DNA from: a virus
Lineage: Duplodnaviria > Caudoviricetes
Length of the DNA: 41,135 bases
IMG/VR virus record: IMGVR_UViG_3300015263_000352
Coordinates: 1-41,135 of that record
Direction: 5' to 3' (one strand)
Positions 35,501 through 41,135 of this stretch are shown here, in pieces; positions within the stretch are counted from its first letter, which is position 1; each line of letters starts with the position of its first letter. The notes beneath the pieces are model-generated. The model did not search any database, was not told where the DNA came from, and was given only the letters and a program-made list of their open reading frames with translations. Made by a program: the position numbers and the translations under genes.

Positions 35501-38500
35501 ATAAGCCGCGATCAATGTGTCTCGTGATAATTTTATCGGTTTAATACCATTCGGTAATTCACTGCCATCGGGCAAGGTACCACGCTGCAACACCGATAAG
35601 GCGATATAGACTTTTTGGCTATCGACTTCATTGGTGACCTGGTCCTGGATTTTTGCCCGGGCATCCTTCCACCATTGTTTTTGCTCACGCGAGATGTCGG
35701 TCATGGCTTTGCGCTGCAGTTCTTCTTCTGCATGCTGTCTTGCGTCTTTGATCAATGATTGGTATTTCGCAAATTCCTGGTCAGTCATGCCGGCTTGTTT
35801 TGCGTCAGTGAACAAACCCTGCATATTTTGTTGTTGTTCTGCATTCTGGATTTCTTCATCAGTAGCGATCAATCGATCCATGACTTGACGCACATTGTCC
35901 GTCAAATTGACATTCAGGTTTTTCAGGTGGTGGTATACGCCAATTAACCAGGCGCGGAAACGGCTGAACGTGCTGCGTAATTCAACTGTCGGAGCGTTAC
36001 CTTCGAACAAGTAAGCTTCGAATGCACGCGCCCACTGTTCGTGCTGATCTGTTTTTATTTCATCCCGGGATTTGACACCCAGGAAGTCGAGTACTTTCTG
36101 GTAGTCTTCTTGTACTTGTGGCGAAGCGTTTGGATCTTGAGCCAGGTCGCCCAGTATTTCCAAGTACACGTGACCAGTTTCATGCAGGAATGTTGACAGG
36201 TCTGCTTTTTCCAATAGATCAATGGTGAAGTTTTTATTTAACCGACTGAAAGACAGAGAGCCGCGTTTGCCTTTTTTGTTATCCTGGAACAGCGTTTGAC
36301 CCTGCAACGCAGATTTGCGCATTTTGTCAGTGACGTCAATGGAGTGTACCGTAGCGGATTCAGTTGGGTAAAAATATTTTAGTGCGTTGTCGATCTCAAC
36401 CTCAGACGCGTGCGGGTATGCGCTCTGCATTCCTGCTTTAGCGTCCTGCAAAGTATAATCGTGTTTGTGGAAATCCTGAGCGGCAGCAATAAGGTGTTCT
36501 GATGTCAGCAAGTTATCAGACGGTAATTTGATTGTTGATTTACCAACTTTCGCACCCCATGCCTTCACGTACTTGTTAACTTCTTTTGGTAGAATACCGT
36601 CATAAAAAGCTTTCATGCCATCGCCGCCGATCTTTAAATCGACACCAGATAGTTCACGCACACCATTTTCATTTGGTTTAACCGCTCGCAATTTGTCGGC
36701 AGCTTCTTTTCCGATATATTGATCCAACTCTGTAGGATCGATAGTCTCATTGATAACACGTACACCGTCGTGATCGTATGCAGCTAAATATTCTCTACCA
36801 TCATTCGTCAACGCTTTTTCAACGGTAATACTGCTTACTTGTTTACTGAGATCATATCGAGCGGCTTGCTGTTCTCCATTGGTCCAGGCAATCTGATCAT
36901 AACCATTAGCAGCGGCATAGCGAATCATACGTTTCATAGATAACATTGGCCATGTCTTTTTGAATGGTGCATCAGGCACCTTGTCGTTTGGCCTTAAGTT
37001 TTGTTCTTGCGCGTATTCCTTCGATAGATTTGTCAACCATCGCGCGAAGTATTCGCGCGCGCCTTGCTCTGTTGGCTCTACACCTTTGCCGACTGTTCGT
37101 TGAACGCCATTGATATCGTGTGTGATCCATTGCGTATCGCTTTGTGTAATAGTGAAGTCACCCGGTTTATATTCATGAGCAACATTAGCTTTACGTGCAC
37201 CATAACCGCGTTTTCGTCCTTGCTGGTGCCAATCGCTTTGCACTTCTTCGATGAACAATATTTGTTCGCCATTGGCGCCAACGCGATCGTTGAACCGAAT
37301 ATGCGCCAAGATATTTGGCTCTGAAAAATGGCTGCTTCTAAAATCGTTGTTAGAAAATTTTGATTTACTTCTAAAAGCAGATATTGCCTCTGCACGAGTA
37401 GCGCCGTGGCCTTCTTCGCCCTTGGGACCAAAGACAGACCACCCACCTTGGAATGGTTTAACGTCAAACCCGGCCGGCAAATCTGGCTCACGCTGTGGTA
37501 GTGTCAATAACATCTCACGATAATTGTTGGCGCCAGGCAAAACATATTGATCGAATTTTGTAGGATCAACCTTATTCTTATTTCGATTATCATACGTAGA
37601 TTTGAGTTGATCGATAGCTTGTTTTTGTTCTGTAGTAAACTGTCGCAGCTGCGCATCAGTAAAACTGTTTCTTACTGCGTCGATAGTAGCGTCTTTTGCG
37701 TCGCGTTCAGACCATCCGTTCTGCATGAAAACATCGACAAAATGTTGTTGAGCGTCCTGTAGCGCTGTTTGTTCCGGACCGCCCTTTAAGACTTCACCGA
37801 GTTGCACCTGATTGTTACGAATATATTCAGCGATTTGATCGCGTGTCACGCTTTTGCCTTGGCTTTTTAACCACTGCTCTAGGCCAAGCCACTGCAGTTC
37901 CTCTTCTTTGACGCCTGGTGTTTTTTTGATAGCCGCCAGAAACTGGTCAGGTGTGCCCTTCGCTTGCTTTAACTTTTCAGTGACATCCAGTAACTTGGAA
38001 TAAAATACCGGTGCTGGTGTAGTTTCTGATTGGTACAACACCTGGTTATCCTTTCCAGGGACCACGACTTGATGTGGGTCAAATGCTACGAGATGCAGCG
38101 GACCTTCCAGGTGACGCGCATCAATTGCAATACCGTCATAACCTTGTTTGCGTAGTTCTTCACGGAACGCCGTTGCATGCTCTACCGAATCAAATCCCGG
38201 TAGGTCTTCGACTTTGATCACTTTAGGCTTGCGAATATCCAGATAGAATTGTTCGACATTGCCATAGCTGGCAGCGTCACTGCGTTCTGGCGTAAACCAT
38301 ACGCCTAAGCCTGAAGATGGGTTTTTGGTTGAGCCGCCTAACCGGTCGGCGTTGAATGATCCGGCGTTGAGGTTTGTGGCTGCGCCTCGGTAGACGACGG
38401 CTGGCCGTCCGTCTTTTCGGCGGACGCTAGTTGCTCTAGCCCACCCTTGTTCGGCACGCCCTCCGCCAACAGTTGGGAGTAAGTCTTCTGCGCTTTGTAG

Positions 38501-41047
38501 TTGGGATCGATTTCCAGGGACATTGGATAACTCTATCGGTAATTCATTAGGATCTATACCTAGTTTAGCCTGTAAATCAGCGGCAGCGCTACCCTGTTGA
38601 AATAGAATATTTTTATCGGTTTGCGACTGATCCGGCAAGTTACCCTTAAGAATATCAGATAACGTGTTGTTATCTGTGCTGTTTACGTCAACGCCAAGTT
38701 GATCGAAATAATCCTGCAATTGGAGTAATGTCTCACGACGATCAAATAATTGTGTGTTCAGCTTGCCGGCAGAATAAACCGGTTTACCCCGTAGTTCTTG
38801 GTCGATAGCATCCAACAACAAATTAGGATCACGCCGAGCGATAAAGCCTTTTTCGGCAGCAATCTCAGCGGCATGGTCTAATGTGATGCCGTTATCATTT
38901 ATCAACTTGCGTTCGAAGGGTTTGCGACCAGCGTCAGCGTTGCGCGCAGCCAGTTCGCCGCCTGTATCCTGTATCCCTTTTGAGCGTAATGTCTCAACCA
39001 GGGATTTGCCAAACACCTGTTGCGGTGTCGGTATTTCGTTATTGCGCAGTTGATCCAAAATTGGTGCGAAGTGCTCGACTTTTGTTTTCTTTGTTAATAT
39101 TTCCGGTAATGGACGACGTACCTTGATATTGTATTGTTGAAACAGTGCGTGTGGATCTTGCCCGGTACGTTGGCCCAGGGTACGAAACGTCGACTCGTAC
39201 AAATTGGCGTAGGCTTCGGCTGTGTCGTTTTTAAATCCTGAATGTAATAACTGACCTTTAATGTCTTCGCGAACTCGCGCAGCGGAATCGATCGCTTGCA
39301 CGTCCTGTGGTACTGGTCCGTTTTCGGCGCGTTGCTTGTCCAGCGCATCTTGCTGATTGATCCAGTCTTGCGCCTCACGTGCATTCATCTCCAAAGGATG
39401 CGTGCGCATTTCATTGGCAAAAAAGTCGTTGTGTTCTGTTGGTGCGATCGTTGTCGTATAGCGTGATGTCGGTATCGGAAAGTCAGACTGTGTGTCGACT
39501 GCATGGTCATAGGCTTTTGTATCGCCCATCACTTCCTTAGCCACTTCACGCGGATCCACGTTCTGACTTTGCCAGTAGGTGTTCCAGGAATCCACCGGCA
39601 CATACAGGTTTTCAACCGGGCCATCCTTCGTCATGTTATGGACTAGCTCTTGCATTTTCTCAGGCAATTTGTCTTTGAGTTTCGTGTCCTGTGTGGTCGC
39701 TCCAATGGTTTTGAAAAATGCCTGGTTTTGTTTGGCTTTTTTTACACGCATGACGTCCTGCGCTGCGGACAATCCACCAAAAGCAACGGATAAACCACCA
39801 CCGGCTTGTGCGCCGGCTTTTGCTTCAGCGATTGCGTTTGCCAGGTTTTGATCGGAGAATATTCGACCCATAATATCGCTGGCACTTAGATGAGTGATTG
39901 TCCCATCCTGAATCATCAAACCCAGCTGGCCGGCCGCTACCTTTACCATTTCTTGCATGAACTCGGTTGCGCCTTCCGTGGCCATGGTTTTGGTGATGTT
40001 CTTGGCAAACATCGTGAAGGCCTTTCGCACCGTGGTTGTTTTGAGCAAATCCTTGATGCCTTGCCGACTTAACTGGCGCAGGCCTGGAATAGTGTTAATC
40101 AGTTGTTCAGCGCCAAAGGCTTCCAATCCACCATTGATCACGCCGGTTATAGCAGCGGCCGTCAATGCTGTATTGCGATCCATGGGGATGCCTTTCTCAT
40201 CCTTGAGCTGTTCGAACTCGAGATAAGCCAGTGATGCCTCAAGGCGCCCAGCTTCGACAGCGGACCCATAGCGCCAACCAGTGACAGCGCCCAATGTAAA
40301 ACCTGTGGCAGCGCCGGCAGGTACCGTGACCAGTTCTTCAGGTGTGGCTACCTGCGGACCCATTTGACCCGCTACCAACGCGGCAGTGGCGCCAGAGGCG
40401 GCACCGACGTCAGCCGCAACGACACTCCCTTTAACTTTGCCAAATAACGTCCGAGCAAATATTGGAATTTGATTGGCCATAGCACCCGGGATGCCTTCAA
40501 AAAACCCAGTGATGCCATAGGTTGATTGTGACTGCATTTTGTTTTGAATTTCTTGTTGACGTTTGCGCATCTCAGGTGTGGCGCGTCCCAACATTGCCGC
40601 TTCACCGATATTGGCGAGCTCGTTGGTCATGACGCCTTGTTCATAAGAATTGCTGATATTCTTGAATTGACGCTCCATGTAGCTCAATTTGGTGATGTCA
40701 TCGCGCGCCACGGCAACATGATTCGGATGAGCTGCCAGCCAGTTGGCTACGATAGGGCTGCTTTTGCGAAACTCAGCGGCGTTAAAATCTTTGACTTGTG
40801 CTGCTTTCTCAATCTGGTCCAGGTTGTCATTGATCATGTCCGGCGGTAAGCCGGTCTTGCCTTGCAATGAAAGTACTCGAGCCGCTTTATCAGGTTGTGT
40901 GTCAAACCCCTGTTGCATGGAATTATCAAGTCGTTTGTTTTCAGTCTCAGACGACAACCACCCAGCCATTGGCGTATTGTCTGCCGGCGCCGATTCGTTT
41001 GCTGCTTTCCCCCAATCTTCCAGGCTCAAGTCTGGCACGTCATTCAC
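32519..41047 (-). CDS. Giant internal virion / DNA ejection protein of polyvalent type (ART-like and zincin domains)
   Basis: 2842 aa; GA-rich membrane-like segment; VVYRG...GVWFT..AASYG...GYDG; EEVQSDWHQ domain; STFLHETGH; C-terminal LFTMFYSYF region. Confidence 0.85.
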   Translation of the reverse strand: MNDVPDLSLEDWGKAANESAPADNTPMAGWLSSETENKRLDNSMQQGFDTQPDKAARVLSLQGKTGLPPDMINDNLDQIEKAAQVKDFNAAEFRKSSPIVANWLAAHPNHVAVARDDITKLSYMERQFKNISNSYEQGVMTNELANIGEAAMLGRATPEMRKRQQEIQNKMQSQSTYGITGFFEGIPGAMANQIPIFARTLFGKVKGSVVAADVGAASGATAALVAGQMGPQVATPEELVTVPAGAATGFTLGAVTGWRYGSAVEAGRLEASLAYLEFEQLKDEKGIPMDRNTALTAAAITGVINGGLEAFGAEQLINTIPGLRQLSRQGIKDLLKTTTVRKAFTMFAKNITKTMATEGATEFMQEMVKVAAGQLGLMIQDGTITHLSASDIMGRIFSDQNLANAIAEAKAGAQAGGGLSVAFGGLSAAQDVMRVKKAKQNQAFFKTIGATTQDTKLKDKLPEKMQELVHNMTKDGPVENLYVPVDSWNTYWQSQNVDPREVAKEVMGDTKAYDHAVDTQSDFPIPTSRYTTTIAPTEHNDFFANEMRTHPLEMNAREAQDWINQQDALDKQRAENGPVPQDVQAIDSAARVREDIKGQLLHSGFKNDTAEAYANLYESTFRTLGQRTGQDPHALFQQYNIKVRRPLPEILTKKTKVEHFAPILDQLRNNEIPTPQQVFGKSLVETLRSKGIQDTGGELAARNADAGRKPFERKLINDNGITLDHAAEIAAEKGFIARRDPNLLLDAIDQELRGKPVYSAGKLNTQLFDRRETLLQLQDYFDQLGVDVNSTDNNTLSDILKGNLPDQSQTDKNILFQQGSAAADLQAKLGIDPNELPIELSNVPGNRSQLQSAEDLLPTVGGGRAEQGWARATSVRRKDGRPAVVYRGAATNLNAGSFNADRLGGSTKNPSSGLGVWFTPERSDAASYGNVEQFYLDIRKPKVIKVEDLPGFDSVEHATAFREELRKQGYDGIAIDARHLEGPLHLVAFDPHQVVVPGKDNQVLYQSETTPAPVFYSKLLDVTEKLKQAKGTPDQFLAAIKKTPGVKEEELQWLGLEQWLKSQGKSVTRDQIAEYIRNNQVQLGEVLKGGPEQTALQDAQQHFVDVFMQNGWSERDAKDATIDAVRNSFTDAQLRQFTTEQKQAIDQLKSTYDNRNKNKVDPTKFDQYVLPGANNYREMLLTLPQREPDLPAGFDVKPFQGGWSVFGPKGEEGHGATRAEAISAFRSKSKFSNNDFRSSHFSEPNILAHIRFNDRVGANGEQILFIEEVQSDWHQQGRKRGYGARKANVAHEYKPGDFTITQSDTQWITHDINGVQRTVGKGVEPTEQGAREYFARWLTNLSKEYAQEQNLRPNDKVPDAPFKKTWPMLSMKRMIRYAAANGYDQIAWTNGEQQAARYDLSKQVSSITVEKALTNDGREYLAAYDHDGVRVINETIDPTELDQYIGKEAADKLRAVKPNENGVRELSGVDLKIGGDGMKAFYDGILPKEVNKYVKAWGAKVGKSTIKLPSDNLLTSEHLIAAAQDFHKHDYTLQDAKAGMQSAYPHASEVEIDNALKYFYPTESATVHSIDVTDKMRKSALQGQTLFQDNKKGKRGSLSFSRLNKNFTIDLLEKADLSTFLHETGHVYLEILGDLAQDPNASPQVQEDYQKVLDFLGVKSRDEIKTDQHEQWARAFEAYLFEGNAPTVELRSTFSRFRAWLIGVYHHLKNLNVNLTDNVRQVMDRLIATDEEIQNAEQQQNMQGLFTDAKQAGMTDQEFAKYQSLIKDARQHAEEELQRKAMTDISREQKQWWKDARAKIQDQVTNEVDSQKVYIALSVLQRGTLPDGSELPNGIKPIKLSRDTLIAAYGKAFLKRLPKPYVYAVEGGIHQDQAAEILGYNSGEELVYDLINARNRKQLIAAETTQRMREQYGDVLLDGRMPVEAMKVVHNTQRSEILMRELKALGNKTKRRITPLTIIRELADRTIREQRIRDINPYLYQRAEAKAARQAFEALAKNDTHGAILYKQIELLNHELYRKASKARELVTKITNYMQKFDKKSTRERIGKAGHDYLDQIDMILERYDFRKGISNVALDRRKSLLAWVQEQEDKGYSVDINEQVLNEAHRMHFKDTSFEELSGVFDSVRQIEHLARIKNKLLANKRTADRLQARDEIITAIAANHRIVPDPPDFAPGLKKRIVEKAKSLLAAHTKMEFLFEHLDGEKSFGVVWQHLFQPFVDAENNENKMMQGVVQSLNRVFSDYSRKERAQWFFKKTHIPEINSSMTKANMLAVALNWGNSYNRDALMRGYNWSQEQVQAVLKHLDKRDWATVQKIWDYIDTFWPQIETMEKQLNGVAPAKVEATTVETPYGNFRGGYYPIVFDSKLSWRQAQLDEKQSSKELFGGQWARAMTRRGHTKERTDTGGKPVRLDLSGMTEHLNNVVHDLAFRRPLIDVNGLATDKEVRQVIEAAAGREMYRQIQPWLRNIASDRREYSNPLEGILGRARMGATIVNMGWKMTTSLVQFLGYTVSIKELGTKYGYKGLADAYGNPLKFADRWNFITERSDQMKTRLRNYDRDVRDALKRLNVVGTKHGLLSLADAYTAKLKDSYFVFIGYMDLAVSIPTWLGAYRKAMDGAVENIDKGDEKAAIDYADQSVRITQGSGSAKDLALVQRGSETFRLFTMFYSYFSVLFNQFQKSGWQFKIDKNYGKLIGSMFLLWFIPAAMEDLLLGRSPDPGDDPQDWEKWLAKKELMYPFQSVVLMRDVVNGMDKYGYQPSAAFDAFESMSRTGQLGVKLLTGDKNEITRADVKGLAMTAGYAFGLPSRQIWLTSEYFYDWMTGEEQPNNPAEAAWRLLVTGKKRE

Positions 41048-41135
41048 CCAGTATCGACATAAAGGCGTCGCGGTTGTTTAACAGGTACTGCGCATAGGCA
41101 CGTTGGATTTTGTCTTCAGTAACTCGACGCTGTTT
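41040..41135 (-). CDS. C-terminal fragment of the upstream internal virion protein (partial)
   Basis: KQRRVTEDKIQRAYAQYLLNNRDAFMSILGE*; its stop overlaps the GTG start of the giant gene (GTGAATGA). Confidence 0.7.
   Translation of the reverse strand, partial: KQRRVTEDKIQRAYAQYLLNNRDAFMSILGE

Noticed and set aside
41134-41135. Exact circular closure of the window ends
   Set aside because: No terminal overlap is visible, and direct joining gives an in-frame TAA out of frame with the C-terminal fragment.
1-41135. Stop-codon reassignment linked to the odd tRNA
   Set aside because: Long genes are intact in the standard code, TAA, TAG and TGA are all used as stops, and the loop triplet is CAT rather than a suppressor anticodon.

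Overview
The window is an almost complete genome (~41 kb) of a temperate, short-tailed dsDNA phage, broken inside one internal-virion gene whose N- and C-terminal parts lie at the two ends. The virion module is BPP-1/APSE-like: TerS/TerL, head-tail connector portal, scaffold, major capsid and cement proteins, tail tubular A/B, ejection proteins including a 2842-aa polyvalent protein, and a tail fibre, followed by a lysis cassette. The early region is lambdoid: a cI/cro switch with AATACA-N4-TGTATT operators, an O-like initiator with internal repeats, RecE/RecT-like recombination genes, and xis/int. An intact attP carries the 3' half of a tRNA-Cys, suggesting the free (non-integrated) form and a probably gammaproteobacterial host. 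The most striking signals are (1) a perfect 16-bp chromosomal-type parS palindrome abutting the attP core although no ParA/ParB is recognisable in the phage, (2) a 113-nt tRNA-like RNA with perfect acceptor, D and T arms but a double-length CAU anticodon arm, (3) a cluster of structured non-coding elements after recT, and (4) ART-like and metallopeptidase cassettes in the giant ejection protein. All family names come from motif recognition by eye, not from database searches.
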